A stretch of 52,567 nt of DNA. Source: Candidatus Uhrbacteria bacterium (lineage in GTDB: Bacteria > Patescibacteriota > Patescibacteriia > JACQRZ01). Every line of letters starts with the position of its first letter. Position 1 is the first letter of the stretch. The notes below the pieces were generated by a model, which ran no database searches, was not told the DNA's origin, and was given only the letters and a program-made list of their open reading frames with translations. Both the position numbers and the translations under genes were made by a program. Below, piece by piece: positions 17,015 through 27,194 of the stretch. The stretch spans positions 1-52,567 of the forward strand of contig JACQSC010000006.1 of assembly GCA_016206155.1 (NCBI GenBank), given 5' to 3'.

Positions 17015-17647
17015 TTAACGTGAGTAAAATTCGACGATATATTTAATGTCGTAGACTGGCGCCGCATCCTCCGGCGTCGGAAGGCTGACAATCTTCCCTT
17101 CAAGCTTCTTAATATCGGAATGGAGCCAGGACGGCGCTTGATACTTCTCCATAACCTTTGGAAGGTTTTGAAAATAAGAACTCTTTTTTTTCTGCTCCCG
17201 TACGGCAACGATGCTACCGATGCGAACCTGAAACGAAGGAATCGTCACCACGCCACCATCAACGGTGATATGACCGTGGCTGACAAGCTCTCGCGCAGTT
17301 TTTCGCGAATGCACAAGCCCGAGCCGATAGACGACATTGTCAAGGCGCGATTCGAGAAGCTGCTGCATGATAACGCTCGTGTCACCGGTTTTCTTTGTCG
17401 CGGTGTCAAAATACCGACGGAACTGGCTCTCGGACATTCCGTAATACATCTTCGCTTTCTGCTTTTCGCGCAACTGGATTCCATATGGGGTCAGACGCGG
17501 TTTAGACTTTTTTACGCCCTGAACACCGGGAGGATAATTGCGCTTAACAATAGCGCACTTTGTGGTAAAACAACGCTCACCCTTGAGATAGAGCTTTACT
17601 CCAGCTCTCCGACATACGCGACATTGTGCGTTTCGATCTCGTGCCAT
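17015..17647 (-). CDS. rpsD: 30S ribosomal protein S4
   Basis: CRVCRR, QLREKQK, LESRLDNVVYR, IVEFYSR. Confidence 0.98.
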   Translation of the reverse strand: MARDRNAQCRVCRRAGVKLYLKGERCFTTKCAIVKRNYPPGVQGVKKSKPRLTPYGIQLREKQKAKMYYGMSESQFRRYFDTATKKTGDTSVIMQQLLESRLDNVVYRLGLVHSRKTARELVSHGHITVDGGVVTIPSFQVRIGSIVAVREQKKKSSYFQNLPKVMEKYQAPSWLHSDIKKLEGKIVSLPTPEDAAPVYDIKYIVEFYSR

Positions 17648-17658
17648 ACAAAAAATAA

Positions 17659-18144
17659 TTACACGCGCCGAACTTTCTTGGGTCTGCAGCCGTTATGGGG
17701 GATGGGCGTCACATCTTTGAGCGCGCTTACAGCAAGGCCGGTCGTATGAAGAGCGCGCAGAGCCCCCTCTCTGCCCGATCCGATTCCTCTCACGTATACC
17801 GCAACTTCTTCAAGGCCATAACGCTTGGCTTTCTCAAACGCATCTCTCACAATCAATGATGCGGCGTAGGGGGTTGACTTTTTGGGGCCCTTAAAGCCAA
17901 GGCGGCCAGCTGAACTCTGTGCCAATACATTTCCATGCGCGTCAGTAAAGGTAATGATCGTATTGTTATAGGTTGCTTGAATATGGACGCATCCGTTTGA
18001 AACATGCCGCAACACTTTTTTCTTTCCGCGTTTTTTTACAATTGCCTTTCCTTCTCCCGCAACAACCGGATGCGCCTGTTCGCCTGATTGCTCCGCAGAG
18101 AGTTCTGCAAACGCGTCTATTTTTTCTTCGTTTTGTTCGCTCAT
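17659..18144 (-). CDS. rpsK: 30S ribosomal protein S11 with an acidic N-terminal extension
   Basis: [32 protein letters not shown]. Confidence 0.98.
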   Translation of the reverse strand: MSEQNEEKIDAFAELSAEQSGEQAHPVVAGEGKAIVKKRGKKKVLRHVSNGCVHIQATYNNTIITFTDAHGNVLAQSSAGRLGFKGPKKSTPYAASLIVRDAFEKAKRYGLEEVAVYVRGIGSGREGALRALHTTGLAVSALKDVTPIPHNGCRPKKVRRV

Positions 18145-18150
18145 ATGATA

Positions 18151-18168
18151 CTAAACCCTAAACCCTGA
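18151..18168. repeat. Short (TAAACCC) heptamer tract
   Basis: CTAAACCCTAAACCCTGA between rpsM and rpsK. Confidence 0.7.
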
Positions 18169-18171
18169 TTA

Positions 18172-18561
18172 TTATGTCTTTGTTAGTTTGCGCTTCCCGG
18201 ACATCATCGTCTTTCTCACGTTTCCGCGAACGGTTCGTGAATTTGTTTTTGTGCGCTGTCCATGAAGAGGAAGCCTACGAATATGGCGTGTGCCACGATA
18301 GGAGCCGATCTCTTTCAGATGCTTGATATTCCCCATTACCTCCCGACGCAAGTCACCCTCTACTTTATATGTCTTCTCAATAATATCCCGAATGCGATGC
18401 TGTTCGTTCTCGGATAGATCCTTTGTTTTCTTTGCGGGATCAACGGAGGCTTGTTTGAGCACCAAGCGAGCGGCAGCGCCGCCCAACCCGTAGACGAGAG
18501 GGAGCGCATAAACGATCTGCTTGTTTTGAGGGAGTAAAACTCCCGTGATGCGAAACGCCAT
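18172..18561 (-). CDS. rpsM: 30S ribosomal protein S13
   Basis: VEGDLRRE, SYRGTRH, LPLHGQRTKTNSRT. Confidence 0.98.
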   Translation of the reverse strand: MAFRITGVLLPQNKQIVYALPLVYGLGGAAARLVLKQASVDPAKKTKDLSENEQHRIRDIIEKTYKVEGDLRREVMGNIKHLKEIGSYRGTRHIRRLPLHGQRTKTNSRTVRGNVRKTMMSGKRKLTKT

Positions 18562-18565
18562 AAAT

Positions 18566-18633
18566 AGGGTTTAGGGTTTAGGGTTTAGGGTTTAGGTTCT
18601 TTCTCAACCCTGTACCCTCTACCCTCTACCCTG
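18566..18633. repeat. (AGGGTTT)4 tract plus an inverted degenerate (TACCCTC) tract
   Basis: Tracts at 18566-18596 and 18606-18633, filling the rpmJ-rpsM spacer. Confidence 0.85.
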
Positions 18634-18636
18634 CGT

Positions 18637-18750
18637 TCATCCTTGTCGTTGCTTATGTTTTGGATTTTCACAAATTACAACCACACGCCCCTTTCGGCGT
18701 GTTGTTCGGCACTTGAGACATATTTTTTTTACTGACGCACGAACTTTCAT
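18637..18750 (-). CDS. rpmJ: 50S ribosomal protein L36 (absent from the ORF track)
   Basis: Manual translation gives [37 protein letters not shown]. Confidence 0.97.
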   Translation of the reverse strand: MKVRASVKKICLKCRTTRRKGRVVVICENPKHKQRQG

Positions 18751-18752
18751 AA

Positions 18753-18983
18753 TTAATACCTATAGACTACTCTTCCTTTCGTCAGATCATACGGCGTCAT
18801 CTCGACTTTCACGCGATCTCCGGGAATAATGCGAATGCGATTGATGCGCATTTTCCCAGAAAGATGCCCGAGAATCTCATGTCCCGTATCCAGCATGATC
18901 CGAAATGTCGCTGCAGGAAGAAGCTCTCTTACAGCTCCGTCGACTTCAAGTACGTCCCGTTCGGGACGCGTGGTGTCTCCCAT
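18753..18983 (-). CDS. infA: Translation initiation factor IF-1
   Basis: [33 protein letters not shown]. Confidence 0.97.
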   Translation of the reverse strand: MGDTTRPERDVLEVDGAVRELLPAATFRIMLDTGHEILGHLSGKMRINRIRIIPGDRVKVEMTPYDLTKGRVVYRY

Positions 18984-19092
18984 ATTGTATTAAAAATAAC
19001 CTGCCGAGAGGTACTCGGAAGATTATATTAAAGCTTTTATAGGTTAGCACAAGGGTTAAAATAATGCAAGGAGAATGGGTGTGAACAGCTTT

Positions 19093-22050
19093 CTAGGCCA
19101 ACTGCGACTCTTTTCCTGGTGCAAATTGGCGAAAAAGAAACGGGTCTGTGAGTTTTGACGGATCAATCCTATTACCGTGTCGATTCCGAACGCGTTTCAA
19201 ACTCCCCGGATAGAGCCGTTCAAAATTTTGCGATATGCGTACGCACGAAAGACCGCTAAACCACAACAACCATGGAACAGGGGTTCTCAATACGCTTAAG
19301 GAAATAAAATTGCTATTTTCAATGTTGGCACCGGAGAAAACAGCATCAATAAATCCCTCCTTATACAAATTTTTTAGATATGCGTAGCGGTAAAGATGAT
19401 GATTGCTTAAATCGGCAGAAAAAGCCATTCCTGGAGTGGGCTGGCGCACCTCAATAATGCGCGCCGGAATCTCCGGTATTCCCGCAAACTTTGCTGCGGC
19501 AATGGTGTCCGCCCCCATCATTGCGAAATAAATTTTCCCACCGGGACCTGAAATGCGCCACAACTGAACACGCTCCCTGCCAGTGGCGGGATCGAAAAAA
19601 AGCTCCTTGCATGTCTCGGGAGAGGGGTTGGCAATCACGGGCTCGGCAAGCTTACGAATAAGCTCACTGTTTTTCCCGAGCCAAGATGCGCGCTCTTCTG
19701 CGGGAAGGTAGGAGCCAATAATTGCATCCGTTGGGACGGTGCGCATCCCGTATTGTATTGTCTCACCCCGCTTGTCATGTTCAATCGCCGTAATATCCAT
19801 ACTCCCGTCCGGCATCTTTCCGGGGGTAATAAATGCCATCCCAAGAACATCCTGCAAGCGTTCGGCGGGGTTCTCGAGATGAGGAATGCCAGTCTCCTTC
19901 TCACGCGCATATCCGCTCGCGATGCGCTCGAGCTCCTGATTAAAGCGCGCTTGATCTTCTTCGGTCATCTCCTCAATATTAGGAAAGGTGCGCTCTCCGC
20001 TTATCTTCATAATGCGCAGGCCTCTCTGAACGATCTCCCTTTTTTCGTCACTCTTTGCGCCGACCAGGGCGCGCGTACTCACAACCCTCTCGCACACCTC
20101 AAGAAAACGCTGAAGCGCAACAAGGTCGTGCTCTCTTCGCTTGCCGCTCTCTCGCCAACTCTTTAAACGTTCTTCAAAACGGCGCGCATCAACTGCACCA
20201 ATTTCTCCTTCTTCGATATGAGCAACGCCGAACCGATTCAGAATATAGGCGCGAACCTCCTCGGGGCTCTTGGTTTGAAAAAGATTTTTCACAAATACCA
20301 TCTCCCTATCGTGCAGGGCCTCCTCCAAACGTTCAAAGGCGCGAGAAAGAACTTCGAAAAATTTTACCTGCTCGATTGCTTGAGAGCCGGCAATTTGAAG
20401 CACCGCTTTGTCAAAAAAACCCTTCACAGACTTGTGCTGCGTAAATGCATCGTTTAAATCCTTGTAATACCGAAGGAGCTCGTCGAATGATTCGAGCGGA
20501 ACATCCTTTGAGTTTGCAATCTTAATGACGAGTTGCGGCAATGGCAGTGACTCCTGCGCAAGGCTCGCGCGCGTTTCTTCATTTGGAATAATTGCCAATA
20601 CATCGTTTGCTAAGCGGGGCTCAAGCTCTGGACGGGGAATAAAAGCCAAAAGCTCGTCCAACGACGGCGCAAGCCTGTTGCGCGCAGAATCTGGTAATCG
20701 TATGCCGTCAACGATAACTCGTGGCTTCAATACAGGTTCTTCGATTTCCTCAGCTTCTGCGGGCATCTCGCCGGGAAGCCTAACACCCAAAAACCCCGAC
20801 AGCGCACCGCGTTCAAGATCGCCCAGCTGCGCCGCACTTGCGCCTGATGGTTGCGACTGCCCAATTCCCAATACTCTGGCTGCCGTAGCGCGCTGAACAA
20901 TTTCTTGAACTGCCAACCGATAGGCATTCATAATCTTTCGAATCTCTTGATCATCCTCAAGCGTGCGCGCTCGCGCTGATGGAGCTGTCACCACTGGAGC
21001 GTCGATATCTCGTCTCCGCACCTCCTCACTTGCTTCCTTTTTCTTTCGTTTCCGAATAAGCCGCTCAACTCTCAGCGTTGTCTCGAGCCTATGGCGCTTC
21101 AGCCCCTCTATCTCTCGGTCAATCGTCTCAATATATGACTGCGCAGGTTCTTTTTTTCCTTTGCGGTCAAGCATGGTTCCGGCTAGCGTCACAAAACCGC
21201 TCAAGAGAGCCGCCATCGTCTCGGATGTCCAAGGCGATCCGCGAAGATAGTGTTGTGCGCCAAGCAGCACGCCCGTTGCAAAAAATGTTCCAATAACATC
21301 AGCATGTTCCTGATGATGACCGACAATGCCAACATGATATTCTTTAAGACTTTTGGCCAGATCAGTAAGACCCTTCGGGCCCGATTCGCCCTCAATCGTT
21401 TCCTGTTGGCCATCGATTAATGCGTCAAGATAAATAATGCATTTTTGAAGATAATTTTCCCGTGCCTCGTCCTGTGATTGCTCCGGAATAATTCCTGCGC
21501 TTTTTGCAGTCACGTACGCACGGCGAAATTCGCGAAACTCTTGCTGTCGCGTGCGGGTGGCATCAGACAATTCTCGGATTTTCTCCTGTACCGATATCTC
21601 ACTCATTGGCTCCTTTGACGCGGCCCCGGATCGCCTTTTTCGTTGTTTTCCGATTCTTGCCTCAACCGTTCCCCGAGATTCGGGCCATACGCGATCAATA
21701 AAAGTCATTGCGCCGCGCATGAACATGTGCGCTCCCTGGTATGCAACAATAGATCCAATATGGGGCTCGAATCTCCGAAGAAGCATTCCGCCAGGTACCG
21801 CGAACATACCAAGAAGCACCTGCGCTGCAGCAAACCCACCTTCGTATTTTTGTTTTTCACGAAATTGAAAGGATGCCGTTTGCAGCGCCTCAAGGCGCTG
21901 TTGTTCCTTGTAGATATTCTCAAGATGCTGCGTAATTCGATGTTTCCTCCGCGTCAGCAGTTCTTGGCTCCGCTCCTTTTCATCATCTTGATCGTGCGGC
22001 TCCTCGATTTGCTGATCAGGGTTAAACAAAGCGCGTATGCGTTCGATCAT
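19093..22050 (-). CDS. Large hypothetical protein with hydrophobic hairpins, coiled regions and a degenerate ParB/Srx-like C-terminal segment
   Basis: 985-aa ORF with ATGA overlap to the upstream gene. C-terminal YFAMMGADTIAAAKFAGIPEIPARIIEV resembles ParB-like Y.v.DGhHR.aAa...G...ipa. Confidence 0.7.
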   Translation of the reverse strand: MIERIRALFNPDQQIEEPHDQDDEKERSQELLTRRKHRITQHLENIYKEQQRLEALQTASFQFREKQKYEGGFAAAQVLLGMFAVPGGMLLRRFEPHIGSIVAYQGAHMFMRGAMTFIDRVWPESRGTVEARIGKQRKRRSGAASKEPMSEISVQEKIRELSDATRTRQQEFREFRRAYVTAKSAGIIPEQSQDEARENYLQKCIIYLDALIDGQQETIEGESGPKGLTDLAKSLKEYHVGIVGHHQEHADVIGTFFATGVLLGAQHYLRGSPWTSETMAALLSGFVTLAGTMLDRKGKKEPAQSYIETIDREIEGLKRHRLETTLRVERLIRKRKKKEASEEVRRRDIDAPVVTAPSARARTLEDDQEIRKIMNAYRLAVQEIVQRATAARVLGIGQSQPSGASAAQLGDLERGALSGFLGVRLPGEMPAEAEEIEEPVLKPRVIVDGIRLPDSARNRLAPSLDELLAFIPRPELEPRLANDVLAIIPNEETRASLAQESLPLPQLVIKIANSKDVPLESFDELLRYYKDLNDAFTQHKSVKGFFDKAVLQIAGSQAIEQVKFFEVLSRAFERLEEALHDREMVFVKNLFQTKSPEEVRAYILNRFGVAHIEEGEIGAVDARRFEERLKSWRESGKRREHDLVALQRFLEVCERVVSTRALVGAKSDEKREIVQRGLRIMKISGERTFPNIEEMTEEDQARFNQELERIASGYAREKETGIPHLENPAERLQDVLGMAFITPGKMPDGSMDITAIEHDKRGETIQYGMRTVPTDAIIGSYLPAEERASWLGKNSELIRKLAEPVIANPSPETCKELFFDPATGRERVQLWRISGPGGKIYFAMMGADTIAAAKFAGIPEIPARIIEVRQPTPGMAFSADLSNHHLYRYAYLKNLYKEGFIDAVFSGANIENSNFISLSVLRTPVPWLLWFSGLSCVRISQNFERLYPGSLKRVRNRHGNRIDPSKLTDPFLFRQFAPGKESQLA

Positions 22051-22397
22051 AGAAACAGAGAGGAGTCCCCCGTTATGAGCGCGTCCATCTCATATTTCAA
22101 GAAGAGCGCCTCTTCGCACATAAGCTCGGGAAATGACATCATGCCATGTTTTGTAAGCACAGCGGTTGTCGCATCACTGTCCTCCTTGTCTATCGCGTCC
22201 TTGAGGGCGCGCATGGAATCTTCAGGCAAAACATCGATAATGCGGGCAACAACACGCTGGTAGATAATCTGCAGCATCTTCTGCAGCATCTGCGCCTTTT
22301 GCTCCTCGGGCAGTTGGGAAAGCCCCAAAATGTCAAATATGTTTTTCTTGATAACGTCGTCAGTTGTTGCGGTAGCTGTTTTTGCCTTAGAAACCAT
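22047..22397 (-). CDS. Small acidic helical CPR-type protein (DUF5663-like), paralog of 47214-47540
   Basis: NIFDILGLSQLPEEQKAQML...RIIDVL...EE pattern. The upstream TG-G-TATACT box supports the start at MVSKAK. Confidence 0.7.
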   Translation of the reverse strand: MVSKAKTATATTDDVIKKNIFDILGLSQLPEEQKAQMLQKMLQIIYQRVVARIIDVLPEDSMRALKDAIDKEDSDATTAVLTKHGMMSFPELMCEEALFLKYEMDALITGDSSLFL

Positions 22398-22476
22398 ATA
22401 AAAAGGTAAATTCAAAACGTCCTCCTCAAGCCGGGAGGTATAATATAAGTATACCACTTTTTGGGGCGCCTGTCCA

Positions 22477-24228
22477 CTACCCTACGACTGCGCGGATGCG
22501 GCGTACGCCGGCTGAGCACGCCTCCTCTTTTGCGATTGCGAAGTGTCCAATTTCTCCTGTATGCGTCACATGAGGGCCTCCGCAGAATTCTTTTGAGAAT
22601 GCGCTATCAAGAGAGCTGCCAGCAAAATACACATTCACCTTTTCCGGATACTTCTCTTTGAAATAATAGAGTGCGCCGGTATTTTTTGCATCCTCAATAG
22701 GCAGTTCGACGAATTGCATCGGCAGATCCTTTTTGATTATTTCGTTAACACGGTTTTCAACGGCTTTTCGTTCATCATCGGTTAGCTTACGATGAAAAGA
22801 AAAGTCAAAGCGAGTGCGCTCGACGGTGATGTCAGAGCCTGCTTGGGCAACTTCCGGACCCAACACCTCGCGAAGCGCTTGCTGTAGGAGATGGGTCGCG
22901 GTGTGCAGACGTGTGACAATTTTTAATTCATCTTCATTAGTTGCTTTCAATTCTCCGGTGTCTAAGAGAAGACCGTGTCCACCGAATTTTTTTAGAACAC
23001 CGGCACGCGAAATCTCCTGATGTTTTTGAAACTCCAGCTCAAAACCTGCACGCGAGAGCGCAGACGCACGCTCCACGCCCATCTCTTTTATAATTTCATA
23101 GGGAAGCCCGTAACTTTCATACAACTTGAACGCGGTTGATGCATCTATCGTCGCACATTTTTGCAACTCTTTGAGCCCGTTTTTTACTGTTTTCAAAAAT
23201 TTCTGCTTTTCTTTGTCCCATTCGTCAAAAATCGTATCAATATGAAGTTCAGGATATGGTGCGTGATACTTGCCAATAATAACGGGGATCAAATCCCTCA
23301 CCAAATTTATGCGCTGTTCTCCTGCGGTATGTTCAATAACGATAATCCTCCGCATCAGACGTCGCAGAATATATCCCCTTTCTTTGTTGGATGGGCGTAC
23401 GCCATCGGCGATCAAAAAACACAGGGCGCGCGCATGATCCGCAACAATTCGCTTTGAGCGATGGTCCATTGTGTCGGACAACATTGCAATGCTATCCGAA
23501 AAAAGATCCGTTTCGTGGATCGTATGCTTTCCTTGTACGATCATCGCGAGGCGTTCCAATCCCATGCCGGTATCGATGCCAGGTGTTTCTAGGGGTATGA
23601 GTGTCGCAGCGCCACTGGTGAGATCCTCCCTCGATCCGCTACAGAAAAATTGATTGAACACAATGTTCCACACCTCGATATCCTGTCCATTTGCGTTTCG
23701 GCAATAAATCTCCGTTGTCGGTCCGCAAGGTCCCTCATGCCCTGTCGGTCCCCAAAATAAATCCTCCATTCCTTCTTCACGAATATCGGTAATACCCAAA
23801 CCCTGCCACATTGCGCGCGACTCCTCATCTTTTGGCACCGTATCGGATCCTTCGTAAATCGTAACATAGGAAATCGGCAGACCCATGACCTTGGTAATGA
23901 ACTCGTGCGCCCATGCTATTGATTCTTTCTTGAAATAACCGCCAAAAGAAAAATTGCCTAGCATTTCAAAAAATGTGAGGTGCGATTCATCACCGACTTC
24001 ATCAATATCAGAAGTTCTAAACGACTTCTGGCATGACGTTGTTGACAGCGAACCAAAATCTTTCATGGCGTCCACCTCACCGGTGTAATATTTTTTGAAC
24101 TGCTGCATACCGGCAGTCGTCAACAGTACAGATGGGTCATCGGGAAGCAATGACGACGAGGGTACTACCGCGTGCCCTCGTTCTCTGAAAAATTCCAAAA
24201 ACTTTTTTCTGATCTCAGATGAGGTCAT
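22477..24228 (-). CDS. alaS: Alanyl-tRNA synthetase lacking the C-Ala domain
   Basis: LLTTAGMQQFK, HLTFFEMLGNFSFG, DTGMGLERL, HTATHLL, EFCGGPHV, AGVRRI. Confidence 0.96.
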   Translation of the reverse strand: MTSSEIRKKFLEFFRERGHAVVPSSSLLPDDPSVLLTTAGMQQFKKYYTGEVDAMKDFGSLSTTSCQKSFRTSDIDEVGDESHLTFFEMLGNFSFGGYFKKESIAWAHEFITKVMGLPISYVTIYEGSDTVPKDEESRAMWQGLGITDIREEGMEDLFWGPTGHEGPCGPTTEIYCRNANGQDIEVWNIVFNQFFCSGSREDLTSGAATLIPLETPGIDTGMGLERLAMIVQGKHTIHETDLFSDSIAMLSDTMDHRSKRIVADHARALCFLIADGVRPSNKERGYILRRLMRRIIVIEHTAGEQRINLVRDLIPVIIGKYHAPYPELHIDTIFDEWDKEKQKFLKTVKNGLKELQKCATIDASTAFKLYESYGLPYEIIKEMGVERASALSRAGFELEFQKHQEISRAGVLKKFGGHGLLLDTGELKATNEDELKIVTRLHTATHLLQQALREVLGPEVAQAGSDITVERTRFDFSFHRKLTDDERKAVENRVNEIIKKDLPMQFVELPIEDAKNTGALYYFKEKYPEKVNVYFAGSSLDSAFSKEFCGGPHVTHTGEIGHFAIAKEEACSAGVRRIRAVVG

Positions 24229-24451
24229 AGTATATTGATAAATTCTTCAACCGAAACACCTGCCTGACGAATAATGCCATAGAGCAATCCGCGTTTAATA
24301 TCACCGCTGTGATGAGGAACAATGTCACGCGCCCCGTAAGCGGATGACGAAGAATAACGCGGCTTCCTGTTTGTCTACGAATAACAAAACCGAGCTTTTC
24401 AAGCGCTCGGATACAGGCTTCCGGTTTTGTCTGCGGCAATCGGTCTGACAC
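24225..24451 (-). pseudogene. hicA: HicA toxin pseudogene (frameshift plus GSH>GSR)
   Basis: ALEKLGFVIRRQTGSRVIL in one frame; IVPHHSGDIKRGLLYGIIRQAGVSVEEFINIL* continues in a shifted frame after ~24322. Confidence 0.8.
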
Positions 24452-24456
24452 ACGTA

Positions 24457-24711
24457 TTATGCCTCCCGCTCAAATGATCTATCGACGCTTACCTGTGCGG
24501 TAACATACTCATTCTCCTCGGGAATAACATCTCCGTCTTCGGTAAGCACGGCAAGATATCCTTTAATAGCATCGCCGATATTTGTTCGTGTTTCTTCAAA
24601 TGTCTCCCCCTGGCTCATACAGCCGGGCAACGCGGGAACAGAGGCGACGTATCCCCCCTCCTCTGCGGGCTGAAAGTATACAGTATAGGTAAGCACGGTA
24701 TCACTTTTCAT
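24457..24711 (-). CDS. hicB: HicB-family antitoxin, short form
   Basis: EEGGYVASVPALPGCMSQGETFEE. Upstream TTGACA-N17-AATACT promoter-like sequence. Confidence 0.88.
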   Translation of the reverse strand: MKSDTVLTYTVYFQPAEEGGYVASVPALPGCMSQGETFEETRTNIGDAIKGYLAVLTEDGDVIPEENEYVTAQVSVDRSFEREA

Positions 24712-24905
24712 ATAGCTTGAGTATTGCACGACGGCGCTTGGGTGTCAAGATTTCCGTCACTCTGAAAAAGTGTCACAAATCGCTTGCGCTCCTCAAGGAT
24801 GCGATGACTCATCCGCTCTTTAATATGACAAAGCGGACACTCTTCCATCTCAAGCAATGCCCCCACCGCAACGTGTGGTTGTGATAATACTCTTCTCAAA
24901 TTCAT
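24708..24905 (-). CDS. Small hypothetical protein (CxxC)
   Basis: ATG ~20 nt after the upstream stop and ATGA-type overlap with hicB. No recognisable family. Confidence 0.3.
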   Translation of the reverse strand: MNLRRVLSQPHVAVGALLEMEECPLCHIKERMSHRILEERKRFVTLFQSDGNLDTQAPSCNTQAI

Positions 24906-24926
24906 ATCATTAAATAGACATACCTA

Positions 24927-27125
24927 TCACACAATCGGGGCATCGAAGTCTTCTTCCTCCGCAGCAGTGGCAGCGACCTCTTTGCCGTCATCGCCTTTCT
25001 TGCTTTCGTAGAGCTGTTCGAATTCCTCCAGGACGGCATTTATCGGCGTTGCGTACTTGCTACGGCTGCAGTTAATGAGGCGCTCGTACTCCTCAGGAGT
25101 CTTACGTGGCGTGTCCACACGTACGGTTCGGGCTGAAAACGCAGGGGGGGTGGATCCGCCGATGGACATCTTCACATACAGCGCGCGCACATCAAGATTC
25201 ATGATATCATGCCCGGAAAATCGCGGGGCAAACTCCTGTGCCAAATACGCCGCGTCATCAGCGCCCATGCGGAACGTAATCATGGAGCCGACGTTTCCAA
25301 ACACTGTCTCTCGAGCGCTTGCTGAAAGCTGTCCCAAAAATTGATGCGAAACCGTAAGGCTAATACGATATTTCCGCGCTTCGGACAAAATATCATCGAA
25401 TGTTTTGGTTGAAAAATTCTGAAACTCGTCAACGTACAGATAAAAATCAGCGCGCTCAGACTCCTCCATAAAGGCGCGCTTCATACCCTGTTGCTGAATC
25501 TTGGTAATAATGAGAGAGCCGAGCAGCGCGGAGTTCTCATCCCCCAGCTTTCCTTTGGAAAGTTCGATCAAAAGAATCCTGCTTTTGTTCATGATGTCGT
25601 CAAGATCAACCTTGTTTTTCGCCTGCGCGACGATATTTCGCACCATCTCATTTGCCAAAAATTGTCCCAACTTGTTGACGAGCGGCACGATGGCCTCATT
25701 GTCAAATTTTTCCGACCAGCTCGAGAATTCGTTTGCCCAGAACTTCTTCACCACCTGATCCTGAATGTGTTCAATAATCATTTGACGATATGGCCTGTCA
25801 GTAAGCATCTTTTGCACACTCATAAGCGTTGCCTGTTTGAAGTCAAGCAAAGCAAGAATGGTAAATCGAAACACGTGCTCAATCTTCGGAGACCAGTCCC
25901 CGCCGAAAAACTTCTTGAAAATTTCAATCAAACTATAGGTGACTTGTTGCTTGAATTCCCGACCGACATTCTCCAGCGGATTAAACGCAATGGGGAAATC
26001 AAGATCAGAGGGATTAAAGTAGACGAGGTCGTCATAGCGCTCCTTTGGAATCCAGTGCAGAGCGGCTTGAATAAGGTCGCCGTGCGGATCGATCACGCAG
26101 ACACCCTTTCCGTGGACAATGTCGTCGGCGATGAGTTTTTCAAGCAACTTGCTCTTCCCCGATCCGGACTTCCCAACCGAATAGAGATGCCTGCGACGAT
26201 CTTCTCGCATCAGGCCAAATTCAACTTCCTTCCCGCGGAAGTTCGTTACGCCGAATACGGATATTTGATCGGACGGCACCGTTGCAAGACTTGGCAATGA
26301 CAACGGCGGTTCGGCTTTCCGAGAAAAAAGCCAATCAACACCCCTGACCTTCGCGGCTGGATCGGGAGAGTGGTAGAACGACGCAACCTCATCTGTTGTC
26401 AGGACCATTGACCGCTCGGGCACATGATTGAAGACGTTGCCAATAAACGTGCGGAGATCTTTTGCCGGACACACTTCGATATGATTTCGCTCAGTGGCAA
26501 ACGGCGTAAAGATATTTTCAAAATAATCGAATGTCGATTTCGCGTCTTTCGTGCCTTCGGGGAAAAAGGATACGATGCGAATGGCGGTCTTAAACTTCGG
26601 ATGCACTTCAGCTATTTCCTCCTTTTCGGAAAACCCGTAGACGCCGCCGCCCGACTCACTTTCAAACGACTCGTCAACCGGATCGAGCATGACTTGATAG
26701 AGCAACCCGTCAGAGGAAGGAATATCCGCGATGAGATTATAAAACGGCATGAGCGGATCGGAGGTCATTTTGCTTGCGGTCCGCAAAGAAAAACTTTTGC
26801 TTCCGGCAAGGTCAAGATAGAACCCGAGCGCGGATTGCGGCAATTTTTCGATGTCGTCGTACTGCGGAATTTCGGCAAGCTCAACATCGGGAAACTCCGC
26901 GAAAAAAAGCGAGGTCAGCGAGGAAACAATTTGTTTTTCCGTTACGATGTAGAAGCGAATGATGTTTTGCAGGACAAATACCTCAAACGACAGCGCTCGT
27001 TTCTTGCGCAGCAGGAGCTGAAAAATATTATAAAACAAGCGCTCATATTTTTTTATGCGCTCCGATGGTTTTGTTATGTCATCTTCGTATGAAAAACGAA
27101 GGCGGAGAATTGTCGGCTCTTTCAT
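24927..27125 (-). CDS. VirB4/TraG/HerA-like P-loop ATPase with CPR-type N-terminal domain
   Basis: RRRHLYSVGKSGSGKS, IDPHGDL, LYVDEFQNF, LSEARKY, FGNVG. Confidence 0.88.
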   Translation of the reverse strand: MKEPTILRLRFSYEDDITKPSERIKKYERLFYNIFQLLLRKKRALSFEVFVLQNIIRFYIVTEKQIVSSLTSLFFAEFPDVELAEIPQYDDIEKLPQSALGFYLDLAGSKSFSLRTASKMTSDPLMPFYNLIADIPSSDGLLYQVMLDPVDESFESESGGGVYGFSEKEEIAEVHPKFKTAIRIVSFFPEGTKDAKSTFDYFENIFTPFATERNHIEVCPAKDLRTFIGNVFNHVPERSMVLTTDEVASFYHSPDPAAKVRGVDWLFSRKAEPPLSLPSLATVPSDQISVFGVTNFRGKEVEFGLMREDRRRHLYSVGKSGSGKSKLLEKLIADDIVHGKGVCVIDPHGDLIQAALHWIPKERYDDLVYFNPSDLDFPIAFNPLENVGREFKQQVTYSLIEIFKKFFGGDWSPKIEHVFRFTILALLDFKQATLMSVQKMLTDRPYRQMIIEHIQDQVVKKFWANEFSSWSEKFDNEAIVPLVNKLGQFLANEMVRNIVAQAKNKVDLDDIMNKSRILLIELSKGKLGDENSALLGSLIITKIQQQGMKRAFMEESERADFYLYVDEFQNFSTKTFDDILSEARKYRISLTVSHQFLGQLSASARETVFGNVGSMITFRMGADDAAYLAQEFAPRFSGHDIMNLDVRALYVKMSIGGSTPPAFSARTVRVDTPRKTPEEYERLINCSRSKYATPINAVLEEFEQLYESKKGDDGKEVAATAAEEEDFDAPIV

Positions 27126-27131
27126 GAAAAC

Positions 27132-27160
27132 AGGGCCTAGGGGTTAGGGTATAGGGGTTA
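27132..27160. repeat. Degenerate TAGGGGT/TAGGGTA heptamer tract
   Basis: AGGGCCTAGGGGTTAGGGTATAGGGGTTAG upstream of the ATPase start. Confidence 0.7.
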
Positions 27161-27194
27161 GTATAAAGTAAAAACCCTTTTCTGTGAAGCACGC

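Noticed and set aside
24300-24340. Programmed frameshift in hicA
   Set aside because: There is no slippery sequence at the shift and the catalytic His is also lost, so decay is the simpler explanation.
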